A stretch of 64,000 nucleotides of DNA from a virus. Lineage: Duplodnaviria; Caudoviricetes. Numbering within the stretch: the first letter of the stretch is position 1; each line of letters starts with the position of its first letter. The DNA is taken from IMG/VR virus record IMGVR_UViG_3300031994_000013, positions 64,001-128,000 of that record. The stretch is one strand, 5' to 3'. Shown here piece after piece: positions 36,487-46,488 of this stretch. Under the pieces are notes generated by a model, which worked only from the letters and a program-made list of their open reading frames with translations, was not told the origin of the DNA and did no database searches. The position numbers and the translations under genes are program-made.

Positions 36487-37866
36487 TTACGGTTCCTCTC
36501 CATTTTTTGCCTGCGCCAATTGCATAAAATCATTATCTAACACGACCTCTACGTCGTGCCATTCACCACTAATATAATAAGCTGTAACCGCATTTGTCGC
36601 GCCATTTAGCCGTTTGCGACTTTTCTTTATCTCATATCCAAAATCAGGTAGTATTTCTTGTAATTTATTCCAAGACATAATACGATTGTTATTATGAGCG
36701 TTTGCGCTGTTTGGCTCTATATCAGGCACTGCCATGTATTCTGCAAGCTCTTTACATTCACCTACCGATAGCCATTTATTTAAATATTCTTTAGGAATTT
36801 CTCCACTTAAAACCTTTACATGACGTTGATAAGGAAAAAGCTGCCGCCCCGCTTGTATGCGGTCTGTCTGATAATAGGAATCGATAATAAGATTCTTAAA
36901 GCGTGCATCGACAATATCTATGCCACGTTCATATGCACGGGTAACAACCACAAAATCATATTCTAGAGGCACAATATGCAGTTTATCTATACAATCAATA
37001 ACACGTATCTGCTCGGGCGTCAAAGGTTTGTCGGTGTTATTTTTTGAATGTATCTCTATTGCATGAAATCCCTTACTATTCGCGCGTTCTACAATCGCGC
37101 GATTATGTTCTATTGAAGGCGAGAAACACCAATAGGCATTACCAGGAATAGGCGTCAAGTTATTGATGTGTTCTAATATATTCTTAAAATATATATCATT
37201 TGCCGCGCGGAAACCAGCATCTATCTTACCTTGATAAGCTGCATGAACCAGACTCTGATAATACGCGCGAGCGCGTTCTGGAGAAGCTGAAAGTCCTACG
37301 CATAATATACGCTGGCTATTTATAATTCGTTCCCAAGTGCCAAGTAATACAAGGGGCATATATTCTTTTTTAGAGGAATACTGCTGTATAATAGCTAGTA
37401 TCTCTTCATTAGTTTTATCCTTTCTAGCAAAATCAAACTTCCTAGCTTTTGCAAAAGCTGAGGCTGCAAAATCAAATATGCTATCGCACTCATCCCAGCA
37501 TATGACATCTATCGTATCTAAAAAGTCAAGTTCTTCTCTCAGGGCGCGCATACCTAAAGCTTGATAGCACATGATTCCTATTTTATTTTCACTTTCTATA
37601 CTCCACTCGTTTGGGTTACGCGTCCAAAAATCATCCACTTCACAGCACTGTTCTCCATACTGTTCTATGATAGAATCTTTAAGGGCGGTTGTATCCGTTA
37701 AAAATAAAATACGATTAAGCTGACCGTCACGAGTAAATTGACGTAAATTATTTATAGCCCAATATGTTTTACCGGTGCGCACGCCACAATCTAAAATATT
37801 ATAGCGGCCACGGAAGAATTGTAATTGACCAGTAGTCTGTAGGTCTGTTACAGTAGTATAATTCAT
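36487..37866 (-). CDS. Superfamily 2 helicase-like protein (candidate origin-binding protein)
   Basis: Walker A CGVRTGKT, Walker B ICWDECD, motif III LSASP, motif V ERGID, motif VI QAGR. Confidence 0.75.
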   Translation of the reverse strand: MNYTTVTDLQTTGQLQFFRGRYNILDCGVRTGKTYWAINNLRQFTRDGQLNRILFLTDTTALKDSIIEQYGEQCCEVDDFWTRNPNEWSIESENKIGIMCYQALGMRALREELDFLDTIDVICWDECDSIFDFAASAFAKARKFDFARKDKTNEEILAIIQQYSSKKEYMPLVLLGTWERIINSQRILCVGLSASPERARAYYQSLVHAAYQGKIDAGFRAANDIYFKNILEHINNLTPIPGNAYWCFSPSIEHNRAIVERANSKGFHAIEIHSKNNTDKPLTPEQIRVIDCIDKLHIVPLEYDFVVVTRAYERGIDIVDARFKNLIIDSYYQTDRIQAGRQLFPYQRHVKVLSGEIPKEYLNKWLSVGECKELAEYMAVPDIEPNSANAHNNNRIMSWNKLQEILPDFGYEIKKSRKRLNGATNAVTAYYISGEWHDVEVVLDNDFMQLAQAKNGEEP

Positions 37867-37982
37867 AGCATATATGTAAGCTCCTTTTCTTTCTTCTTTT
37901 TAATTATATCACGAATTTAGAAAAAAGTCAAATACTTGGCGGCGCGCGATACTTTAATAATACTTATATTTTTTGTATCATT

Positions 37983-38240
37983 TTTTGACTACACCCTTCA
38001 CGAAAGACTATCATTTTTTTGTAGTAAAAAATTTGTGTCAGTTTTTGACTACCCCCCTCCCCCCTATATATGTAGTCAAAAATAAACACACTTTTTTTAC
38101 TATAATTAATTTATAGTCTATCGCCTATATATATAAAAAATTGACTACGGAGTGAGGACGCGAAGCGTCCGAACGCAGTTGTCAATTTTTTATAGGCGGA
38201 GCGTAGCGAGCGACGCGAAGCGTCGGGAGCCTAGCGAACG
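37983..38240. other. Candidate replication origin: TTTTGACTAC iteron-like repeats and GCGAAGC hairpins
   Basis: Direct copies 37983 and 38043, partial 38141; inverted 38072, variant 38021; hairpins GGACGCGAAGCGTCC and CGACGCGAAGCGTCG. Confidence 0.5.
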
Positions 38241-38625
38241 CAACATCAAGGCAAAACTGCAATTTCATTTTAAAACAAATAACTATTTGGGTAGTACAAA
38301 ATATTATACAAAATGCCCAAAAACAACCCCTCGTTTTATTTGAAAATATAAAAATTTTAAAAAAAATTACTTGACAAAAGTCAAAATTTGACGCAATCCC
38401 CTACTTTCCCCTCCCCTCCCCTCTCCAAATTTTTACTCCATTTTTCTCCCCTACCCCCGGTATGCAGTATTTTTCGCCTATCTCGCTAGCCCTTTCCTCT
38501 TTCTTTTCTTTTCTTTAAAGTATCAGAGATGTATCGTCATTTTATTTTTATAATGTTTTTTTCTTTGACTTTTCTCAATTTTTGTGATATAATTATTATA
38601 GAAAAAAGGAAAGGACGCAAAGTAT

Positions 38626-39237
38626 ATGCTTGACCTTCTTCAACATTACGGCGCGATTATCGATGAGATTTTAGATAACGATGATGACCACGACGCATTG
38701 GAGTTTGTTGATTATGAAGAAAACTATCAGTGCGCGAATGGCGTCTGGTTGTGTAGTGGTGCTACCCGCTGTGCCATTGTTGATGATGACTGCGATTGGA
38801 TTGTTAAGTTTGATTTGGATGGCAATCACGAAGACTATTGCGAACGCGAAGCCAGGATTTATAGGGAAGCAAAAGACTATGGTGTGCAGGATATGCTAGT
38901 GCCTTGCATCGATTTAGGCTTCTGGCGCGGTCGTTGGCATCTTTACGCCTATAAGCGAGTTGAAGATAGGTTTTGCGGTGTTGGCGTATTCTCTGACGAA
39001 GAAAGCAAAATCGCCAATAAGTATAGCTCGTCTCCACTTGGTTCCAAAAGTAAGAGCGTTACGATTGGTCTTTTGCGCGATTGGGGTTCAGAGATGATGG
39101 AGAGACTTAATGAGCTTTGTATTGACTGGCGTATTAACGATTTACACGGTGGTAATGTTGGCTATTTAGATAATAAACTTGTAATTATAGATTACGCGGG
39201 TTATTTGGAGGATGACTATAGTAGTGAAGAAGAGTAG
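38626..39237 (+). CDS. Protein-kinase-like fold protein
   Basis: SGATR, IVK, E in C-helix position, catalytic loop DLHGGN, IIDY. Confidence 0.7.
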   Translation: MLDLLQHYGAIIDEILDNDDDHDALEFVDYEENYQCANGVWLCSGATRCAIVDDDCDWIVKFDLDGNHEDYCEREARIYREAKDYGVQDMLVPCIDLGFWRGRWHLYAYKRVEDRFCGVGVFSDEESKIANKYSSSPLGSKSKSVTIGLLRDWGSEMMERLNELCIDWRINDLHGGNVGYLDNKLVIIDYAGYLEDDYSSEEE

Positions 39238-39610
39238 TCAGGAACTTATATTAAGTTTGAAGCAAATGGAAGGCTCGCAACTTTTTATTATAGTAAAATT
39301 TATTAAAGAGAAGTATCAATTAAACGAAAGTCAAGTTTTTATGACTGATGTAAAAAGAGTCGTGCGCGAAACTGTACTTGATTATTTGATAAGTTGCGAC
39401 TATATTGAAAATGAGGTACGCCGTCTATTTGACGCGCAGAACTATATTGCTGGTCTTGATAATTCCAACCTTTCTATACTTTGTAGATTCTTAGTGAATA
39501 TACGGGTAAGAGATAAGGATGGCAACTATATAAATGACTTTGATGAAGAAATAGTAAAGAAATTTGAAGAGCGTAAATTTCATTTTAAAATTCCATTTCT
39601 TAAGAGGTAA
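39212..39610 (+). CDS. Hypothetical protein
   Basis: GGAGG RBS, 132 aa. Confidence 0.6.
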   Translation: MTIVVKKSSQELILSLKQMEGSQLFIIVKFIKEKYQLNESQVFMTDVKRVVRETVLDYLISCDYIENEVRRLFDAQNYIAGLDNSNLSILCRFLVNIRVRDKDGNYINDFDEEIVKKFEERKFHFKIPFLKR

Positions 39611-39616
39611 TAAGAT

Positions 39617-39835
39617 ATGAACCGTACTGAATTAATTAATACCCTGGCTCGGCGCGATAACATTACATTTGAAGAAGCATATCAAAGTGTAATGGAGTGC
39701 GCCGACATCATTAATGCTATATTGGAAGATAGCGATAATATACCCCCTTATCAACTTTATGAACTTGCTGTTGAAATTCTTGCTGATGAATTAGGATTAG
39801 AACCTGATTATCTAGATGCAGTATTAGATTTATGA
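39617..39835 (+). CDS. Small acidic phage protein
   Basis: RRDNIT..EA...LGLEPDY motif. Confidence 0.7.
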   Translation: MNRTELINTLARRDNITFEEAYQSVMECADIINAILEDSDNIPPYQLYELAVEILADELGLEPDYLDAVLDL

Positions 39836-40074
39836 CACATATTACATACTATATTGTAGATGCTTACAACAAGTATGAACGCAATAATAATGTAGTATAT
39901 CGCTTTGAATATAATAGGCGTGAATGGTGTATAAGAAAAGTTGATAGCTTTGAATGGGGTAAGCCACAATTTGATGAATTGCCGCTTGACAGTGAGTTTA
40001 TAGAGTATAAGATTTATGACAATTTGGATGATGCAATTAAATATTGTAGAAGTTTGAAAGGAGTAATTATATGA
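39832..40074 (+). CDS. Hypothetical protein
   Basis: Coupled ORF. Confidence 0.6.
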   Translation: MTHITYYIVDAYNKYERNNNVVYRFEYNRREWCIRKVDSFEWGKPQFDELPLDSEFIEYKIYDNLDDAIKYCRSLKGVII

Positions 40075-40613
40075 GTAAAGTTCTTGTAGTTGTAGATGTA
40101 CAAAATGATTTTATTACTGGTGCTCTAGCTAATCCTGCGGCAGAAAAAGCGTTGCCGCAAGTAAAGAAGTTAGTGGAACAGGCGCGAGCCAATCAAGATG
40201 AAATTATTTTTACTATGGATACGCACGAAAAAAATTATTTAGAAACGCACGAAGGCAAACTACTACCTATCCCTCATTGTATTAGTGGTAGTTGGGGTTG
40301 GAAGCTTGCAGATGGTTTGCGACGCAAGGATCTTATTTCTGATAAGGAGCGTGTAATTTTGAAGTGGCAATTTGGCGCAGAACCTGGAGACTTTTTTGCA
40401 AGAATTGATAGAGATGTAGAACAAATTGATATTTGTGGCTTTGTTTCCTCTATTTGCGTAGTTTCTAACGCTCTAATTTTGCGCGCACTTTATCCTGAAG
40501 CAGACATTGCCTTCCATGCCTACGCTTCCGCGGGACTAACCCCTGAAGACCACGAAGCAGCTTGTAAAGTAATGGAATGCTGTCAGATTAAGGTTATCAG
40601 AGAAGCCGAATAA
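40071..40613 (+). CDS. pncA: Nicotinamidase (isochorismatase family)
   Basis: VVVDVQNDF, DTH, PHC, catalytic K and CV; adjacent to pncB. Confidence 0.8.
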   Translation: MSKVLVVVDVQNDFITGALANPAAEKALPQVKKLVEQARANQDEIIFTMDTHEKNYLETHEGKLLPIPHCISGSWGWKLADGLRRKDLISDKERVILKWQFGAEPGDFFARIDRDVEQIDICGFVSSICVVSNALILRALYPEADIAFHAYASAGLTPEDHEAACKVMECCQIKVIREAE

Positions 40614-40671
40614 TTTGACTTTTTTCTGAAATTATAGTATAATTTATATATAAAAGAAAGGAAGTAAAATT

Positions 40672-41871
40672 ATGAAATACCAGAGAATCGTGCGAGGACT
40701 TACAGATACCGACCTATATAAGTTCAATATGCTACAGGTTATTTTTAATCGCCATACCGACCTCACGGGTGTTTATGAGTTTGTATGCCGCAATAAGGGT
40801 GTGAAATTCACTGACGCAATGGTGGATGAAATCGAGCAACAGGTCAATGCGCTGTGTAACCTGCGCTTTACTGACACAGAAATTGACTACCTACGCACAA
40901 TTCGCTTTCTGAAGCCTGGCTTTGTTGAGTTCCTGCGTTTCTGGTATCCGCGCCGCGAGTATGTAGAAATTAGCCGAGATGCAGATTGCGGCTTGAAGAT
41001 TGAGGTGCGCGGGCCCCTCTTCGCGGCGATGATGTTTGAAATTTACTTGCTTGAAATCGTTAGTGAAGTTTATTACCGTGAAACCTATGATTGGGAAAAG
41101 TTAAGTGCTGACTTTATGGCGCTAACTGATGAAAAGGTACAAAAGTTCCAGAATGGCATTTATACTTTTAAGTTTGCCGATTTTGGTTGCCGCCGCAGAT
41201 TCTCTTATGACCTTGAAGAATACGCAGTTAATGAATATGCTAAATGCGGAGCACTAATTGGTACTTCCAATGTAATGCTCGCAATGAATTATAATTTGAA
41301 ACCAATCGGCACAATGGCACACGAGATGTTCCAGATGTATCAAGGCATTCCCTCCATTCCCCTTGCTTATACCACTAAAGCTTGCCTTGATGAATGGTAT
41401 GATGTGTATCAGGGTGATAACGGCGTGGCACTAACCGACACACTTACCACAGACCTCTTCCTTCTTGATTTTGACCGTAAGATGGCGGCAACCTTTACTG
41501 GTGTAAGAAATGATAGCGGCGACCCCTACGAATGGGGCGAGCGCATGATTAAGCACTGGAAGACCCTAAATATTGACCCCAAGACAAAGACGCTATTGTT
41601 TTCTAACTCCCTTACTCTTGATGAAGCACAGGCTCTATATGAATATTTTAAAGATAAGGCAATGGTAGGCTTTGGTATTGGCGGTCACATCTGCACTGAG
41701 GCACCCGGCGTAACGCCGCTAAATATTGTTATCAAACTTCAGTATGTTGATAATCAGCCTGTTGCGAAGATTTCGGACGATGAAGGCAAAACGCTTTGTC
41801 AGGATAAGGAATATATTGAATACTTGAAGAACGCAATTAACTTTAGATTGAATAGAGAAAGGAAACGGTAA
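40672..41871 (+). CDS. pncB: Nicotinate phosphoribosyltransferase
   Basis: DTDLYKFNM, DFGCRRR, GTSNV, GTMAHE (phospho-His), RNDSGDP, FGIG, KISDDEGK. Confidence 0.9.
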   Translation: MKYQRIVRGLTDTDLYKFNMLQVIFNRHTDLTGVYEFVCRNKGVKFTDAMVDEIEQQVNALCNLRFTDTEIDYLRTIRFLKPGFVEFLRFWYPRREYVEISRDADCGLKIEVRGPLFAAMMFEIYLLEIVSEVYYRETYDWEKLSADFMALTDEKVQKFQNGIYTFKFADFGCRRRFSYDLEEYAVNEYAKCGALIGTSNVMLAMNYNLKPIGTMAHEMFQMYQGIPSIPLAYTTKACLDEWYDVYQGDNGVALTDTLTTDLFLLDFDRKMAATFTGVRNDSGDPYEWGERMIKHWKTLNIDPKTKTLLFSNSLTLDEAQALYEYFKDKAMVGFGIGGHICTEAPGVTPLNIVIKLQYVDNQPVAKISDDEGKTLCQDKEYIEYLKNAINFRLNRERKR

Positions 41872-41876
41872 TAGGT

Positions 41877-43232
41877 ATGAAAAGGATTGGCTATTTTGGT
41901 GGCACATTCGACCCCATTCATAACGGGCATTTGAAACTTGCTAAAACTGTTATGGATAAGATGTTTCTTGATGCTGTAGTATTCATTCCTTCCGGCGAAT
42001 CGTATCAAAAAACTAATGTTACTCCTGCGATATATCGCGTTGAAATGGTACAGAAAGCTATTGCTCCCTATTATGATTTTATCTGTGATACTATGGATGT
42101 TAATCGTGATGGTCCAACTTACACAGTTGATACAGTAAAGTATATCATGTATAACTATATCCGTGATGATGAGATTACTCCATATTGGATTATGGGCGCA
42201 GACGCATTCTTAAATATTAAAACTTATAAAAATTATGAAAAGATTCTTAGTATGATTAATATTATTATCGTAGATCGCGGCGATAGATGGGAAGAGATTA
42301 AGAAACTTACAGACGAGTTACGCAGTGAGCGGTATTGCGAAGGATTTGATTATGTGACCTTTAATGATAATACTTCTTCCACTGAAGTTCGAGAGCTAAT
42401 TAATCAGGGCAGGATTGCGGAAGCCAACATTCCCACAAGCGTATATGACTACATTCTTACTAACGGGCTATATAAATCTTTCAATGGCTGTGTCGCCGCC
42501 CAGTATGTTGTTAATTGGATTCGCAATAAAATGAATGGGTTTAACGAAAATAGTAAGGCTGTTATTGGAATTAGTGGCGGCAAAGACAGCACGGTTATAG
42601 CAGCACTGTGTGTAAGGGCATTAGGTAAAGATAGAGTAATTGGTGTGCGACTTCCTAATGGCATTCAGTCTGACCTTGCTGATGCCCATCGAGTATGCGA
42701 TCTATTAGGTATTAGAAGTTTTGAGATGAATATCGAAAAAACTTATTATCATACCATTTATGATATAGAAAGATATGTACCAGTTGATACAACAGAAGCC
42801 TGTAGAATTAATATCGCTCCTCGCCTTCGTATGACTTATCTCTATGCAGTTGCACAAACCATTGGTAATGCTTTTGTAATCAATACTTGTAATCTAAGTG
42901 AAGATTGGGTTGGTTATAGCACATGGCACGGTGACAGCGCAGGTGATTTCAGTCCTCTTGCTAAATATACTAGTGAAGAAGTAGTAGCTATTGGTGATGC
43001 TCTTGGGCTGCCTTACGACCTTACACATAAAACGCCTGCAGACGGTCTGTGCGGAAAAACAGATGAAGATAATCTTGGTTTTACCTATCACGAACTAAAC
43101 GAATATATTCGCGGCCGTGAAGAACCCGCGCCCGAAATTAAGGCATTGATTGACAAGAAGCATAAGGCGAATCTCTTTAAGCTTCAGCCGCTAGATACCT
43201 GCCCTTACTATAAAGGAGAAGAAAACCAATGA
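41877..43232 (+). CDS. nadD-nadE: Fused nicotinate-nucleotide adenylyltransferase (NadD) and NH3-dependent NAD+ synthetase (NadE)
   Basis: N-half FGGTFDPIHNGH...SSTEVR...NGLY; C-half GISGGKDS, NIAPRLRM, TCNLSE..VGYST.HGD, KTPADGL..KTDE. Confidence 0.9.
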   Translation: MKRIGYFGGTFDPIHNGHLKLAKTVMDKMFLDAVVFIPSGESYQKTNVTPAIYRVEMVQKAIAPYYDFICDTMDVNRDGPTYTVDTVKYIMYNYIRDDEITPYWIMGADAFLNIKTYKNYEKILSMINIIIVDRGDRWEEIKKLTDELRSERYCEGFDYVTFNDNTSSTEVRELINQGRIAEANIPTSVYDYILTNGLYKSFNGCVAAQYVVNWIRNKMNGFNENSKAVIGISGGKDSTVIAALCVRALGKDRVIGVRLPNGIQSDLADAHRVCDLLGIRSFEMNIEKTYYHTIYDIERYVPVDTTEACRINIAPRLRMTYLYAVAQTIGNAFVINTCNLSEDWVGYSTWHGDSAGDFSPLAKYTSEEVVAIGDALGLPYDLTHKTPADGLCGKTDEDNLGFTYHELNEYIRGREEPAPEIKALIDKKHKANLFKLQPLDTCPYYKGEENQ

Positions 43233-43756
43233 AAATGAAAGATGTAAGGCCATATAGCGTATGGACTTATCCATACTCGCGCCGCTACTACTGGCGGCAT
43301 CCTTGGGTCTTATTGAAAGATTTTTGGTGGAATCTTAAAGCAGCTTATTGGAGAAGCAAGTATGGTTTTGCACCACGAGATGTTTGGGAGCTTGGTTATA
43401 CCTTTCTAGAGGTCATGCCACAGATGTTAAAATATTTGGCAGAAAATGGTAGCGGCTATCCCGGTGATGATGAATTTCCAACTCCTGAAAGTTGGTATAA
43501 TCATCTAATGTCAATTGCTAATCTACTTGAAAATGCGCGTGATGCAGTTAGAGATGAGAAAAATGAATACTATCCCGCGTATAGAGATAAAATCAATGGC
43601 AACTGGCGTCCAGATAATGCAAAGACTTTTACTCCTGACGATATTGTAAAGCGCTATATCAATCGTGATAATGAACTTGCGCGCGAACAAGATATTATGA
43701 TTGAGGAAGCATTAGAGCTTCTTAAAAAGACACAACTTAAAGCACTTTGGGATTAG
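43229..43756 (+). CDS. Hypothetical protein
   Basis: 175 aa coupled ORF. Confidence 0.65.
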   Translation: MKMKDVRPYSVWTYPYSRRYYWRHPWVLLKDFWWNLKAAYWRSKYGFAPRDVWELGYTFLEVMPQMLKYLAENGSGYPGDDEFPTPESWYNHLMSIANLLENARDAVRDEKNEYYPAYRDKINGNWRPDNAKTFTPDDIVKRYINRDNELAREQDIMIEEALELLKKTQLKALWD

Positions 43757-43771
43757 AAATGGATAAATAAA

Positions 43772-44065
43772 ATGAGTTGGATTTATGAAAATATCGAATT
43801 TATTGCTGGCTTGCTAATTGGTCTTTGTACTACTATCCTTATTTGTTTGGGTGCTTCTCTATATATGTGGAAGCACGACCATACGGATATGTGCTTGGTA
43901 GAAGAAGTAGAAGAAAATAAGAATGTATATGAGTGTAAGTGTTGTGGCGCCAAGACTCTTCATGATGAAACCATTGCCTTCCCACGTTATTGTGCTGGTT
44001 GCGGCCGCGAGGTAGAATATATTTACAATAAAGACGAAGGAAAGCAGGTAACATGGAACTCATAA
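43772..44065 (+). CDS. Membrane-anchored zinc-ribbon protein
   Basis: N-terminal TM; CKCC...CAGC. Confidence 0.6.
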   Translation: MSWIYENIEFIAGLLIGLCTTILICLGASLYMWKHDHTDMCLVEEVEENKNVYECKCCGAKTLHDETIAFPRYCAGCGREVEYIYNKDEGKQVTWNS

Positions 44066-44148
44066 TTTATTGCTGTGTTATAAGTATAATAAAAGTTGGC
44101 GTTATTATTTGGTATCTAAAACAGCATAATGCACTTTAAGGAGAAAAA

Positions 44149-44439
44149 ATGGTTATTTATTCTGCTACCTACCCCGGCTGTATTAAAATTTGTGAAAATT
44201 GCGGCTGTCTTTTTGGTTTTAATCCTTCACAAGATATATATGAAGGAAATGTAGTATATTGTCCGTTGTGCCACTACAAAATGAATAGCGGTATATATAA
44301 TGCAGAATGGCGTTATGCAATCGAACACCGCGAGGAGGCACAACCAAATGTTGAAGAAAACTCTAATAGTAATGGCGGTGCTGATTCTTCTTCTACTACT
44401 AGCCAGCAAGACGGGAGCAACGGAGCAGGAAATATATAG
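44149..44439 (+). CDS. Zinc-ribbon protein
   Basis: CENC...CPLC; AAGGAG RBS. Confidence 0.55.
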   Translation: MVIYSATYPGCIKICENCGCLFGFNPSQDIYEGNVVYCPLCHYKMNSGIYNAEWRYAIEHREEAQPNVEENSNSNGGADSSSTTSQQDGSNGAGNI

Positions 44440-45049
44440 CTTCGGTAATTACTGGCAGACTTATGAATTAGATGGCGAGAAATCGCCGCTTGAATGGCTC
44501 ATTTTAGACGAAACAGATGATGCTTATCTTTTAATAACTAAATATAGCATAGATGCTAATATTTTTAATCATAATAACGCATACACTACTTGGAGCAATA
44601 GTGCTATGCGTAAATTTTTGAATTCTTATTTCTATAATGAATGTTTTACAGAAGAAGAAAAAGAACGCATACTTTTAACAACTGTTGAACCCGATGTTAA
44701 TGATGAATATAAAAAGGTGCAGCAGGGACCGACTACTAAGGATTATGTTTTTCTACTTAGTGCGCGCGAAGCAATACAATATTTTGCTACCAACGACAGT
44801 CGTGTAGCATATGCTACATCCTTCGCTACTATAGGTCATGCTCGTATTATAGGTAATAAATGGGCGGGTGTATATACCAGCTTTGCTACTGGCGCGACCT
44901 GTTGGCGCTTGAGAACTATGGGTATGGATAATTATCATGCCTGCGCCGTGCATGAAAACGGCACAATTTCTATGGGCGGCGATATTCTTTTTGCGCCACA
45001 TTATGCAGTGCGTCCATGCATTTGGATAAGAAAAGGTGAATTGCAATGA
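44348..45049 (+). CDS. Secreted DUF6273-like (C-type lectin/FGE-fold) protein
   Basis: Signal peptide; PLEWLILD, WSNSAMR.FLN, DYVFLLS, WRLRT, VRPCIW. Confidence 0.65.
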   Translation: MLKKTLIVMAVLILLLLLASKTGATEQEIYSFGNYWQTYELDGEKSPLEWLILDETDDAYLLITKYSIDANIFNHNNAYTTWSNSAMRKFLNSYFYNECFTEEEKERILLTTVEPDVNDEYKKVQQGPTTKDYVFLLSAREAIQYFATNDSRVAYATSFATIGHARIIGNKWAGVYTSFATGATCWRLRTMGMDNYHACAVHENGTISMGGDILFAPHYAVRPCIWIRKGELQ

Positions 45050-45399
45050 TTGCCTTTATTTTCTTATTATGTGCTTGGTTTGGTATAGGCGCAATATACA
45101 ATGTATATAAATTTTGTATCAAAGAGCATCAGGGATTCAGAGGATTATTAGACTGGTTTAAGGAGTCTTGGAAATAATGATTACATATATTGTAAGAAAG
45201 AATAATGAAATGCTATGCGGCAATTGCCGACTGCGGCTGCCACGCCTTTCGTCTATCTGTCCCTTTTGTGGCGGAATTTTTTCAAATTTTCAAATTATTT
45301 TAAGAGAACTTTTTCATGATTATGAAGTCGGACATTTGACTTACGATGAAATTTGTGATATAATTTTATTAGAAGAAAGAGAGAGCGAGGAAATTTTAG

Positions 45400-45948
45400 A
45401 TGCTTCAGATAAGAAAGAATGTTTTTGAAACCAATTCATCTTCCTCCCATTCACTTTGTGTTTTAAAGGAAAATAAGCCGCTTGGAGAAGTTGATTCAAA
45501 TTGGCGTGTAGATGGCTATGGAATTTTACGCTTTTACAGTGAAGATAACCTCCAATTTGGTAGATGGCCTTTTTGTATTCTAGATAATTGGTATGACCGT
45601 CTATGTTACGCGCTTGCCAGCTATGCGGATGATAATCAAAAAAGAAAAGAAATTACTGAAATTTGTCGTAAGCATATTGAATTTTTCGTAGATTTTGAGT
45701 TCCCGAAAAATCCTTGGTGGAATGAAGATAAAGACCCAGCAGAAGAGAAATATTTTTATGGCTGTATAGACCATCAATCTATGAGTTTATTGTCTAGTTT
45801 TCTTCAAACTCATAATATTTCTCTTGAAGATTTTATCTTCAATGATAGATATTTAGTTATTATTGATGGCGATGAGTATCATTACTTTGATAGATTACAA
45901 GCATTGCCCGTTTGGAACGCAAAAGCAGTGGAGGAAATTTATGATTAA
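45400..45948 (+). CDS. ETNSSSxHS-motif protein
   Basis: IRKNVFETNSSSSHSL; IDHQS. Confidence 0.7.
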   Translation: MLQIRKNVFETNSSSSHSLCVLKENKPLGEVDSNWRVDGYGILRFYSEDNLQFGRWPFCILDNWYDRLCYALASYADDNQKRKEITEICRKHIEFFVDFEFPKNPWWNEDKDPAEEKYFYGCIDHQSMSLLSSFLQTHNISLEDFIFNDRYLVIIDGDEYHYFDRLQALPVWNAKAVEEIYD

Positions 45949-46333
45949 CATTAGAACAGGTGTATGGGAAACTAATTCGTCAAGCGTTCATTCTCTTATT
46001 ATGACAGATGAAGATACATATAAGAAGTTGGGGCGCGGCGACCTGCTAATTGGTGGCTATAATACCGACTTTGAGGACGAATTTATTACTTACGAACAAG
46101 CATATCAGGCTTTAAAAGAGTTGTTTGAAAAGTATCCCGACTTTTATGCAAGGTATGATATTACAAATTTGGACGACTGTGATCGTGATTACATAGAAAC
46201 AATCATGGGACAAGAAGATATTGCCTATACTCTAGAGACTTATGGCGGAACCTATTATGAGAAGTTTGAAGATTTTTATACTACTCCAAAGGGCGAAAAG
46301 ATAGTTGCATTCGGATATTACGGGCATGACTAA
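45941..46333 (+). CDS. ETNSSSxHS-motif protein (paralog)
   Basis: IRTGVWETNSSSVHSL; C-terminal TPKGEKIVAFGYYG. Confidence 0.7.
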   Translation: MINIRTGVWETNSSSVHSLIMTDEDTYKKLGRGDLLIGGYNTDFEDEFITYEQAYQALKELFEKYPDFYARYDITNLDDCDRDYIETIMGQEDIAYTLETYGGTYYEKFEDFYTTPKGEKIVAFGYYGHD

Positions 46334-46488
46334 AATGGACTGTTGTGATAACTGTAAATACTACGATTGGTATTATGATTGGTGCGATAAGTGGAAATGT
46401 AAAGTAGATACTAGAAAAATTCATAACTGCTTTGAAAAATACGATACTCCAATTTATGACATGATGGTTGGAGTAGAAAGGAAAGACA

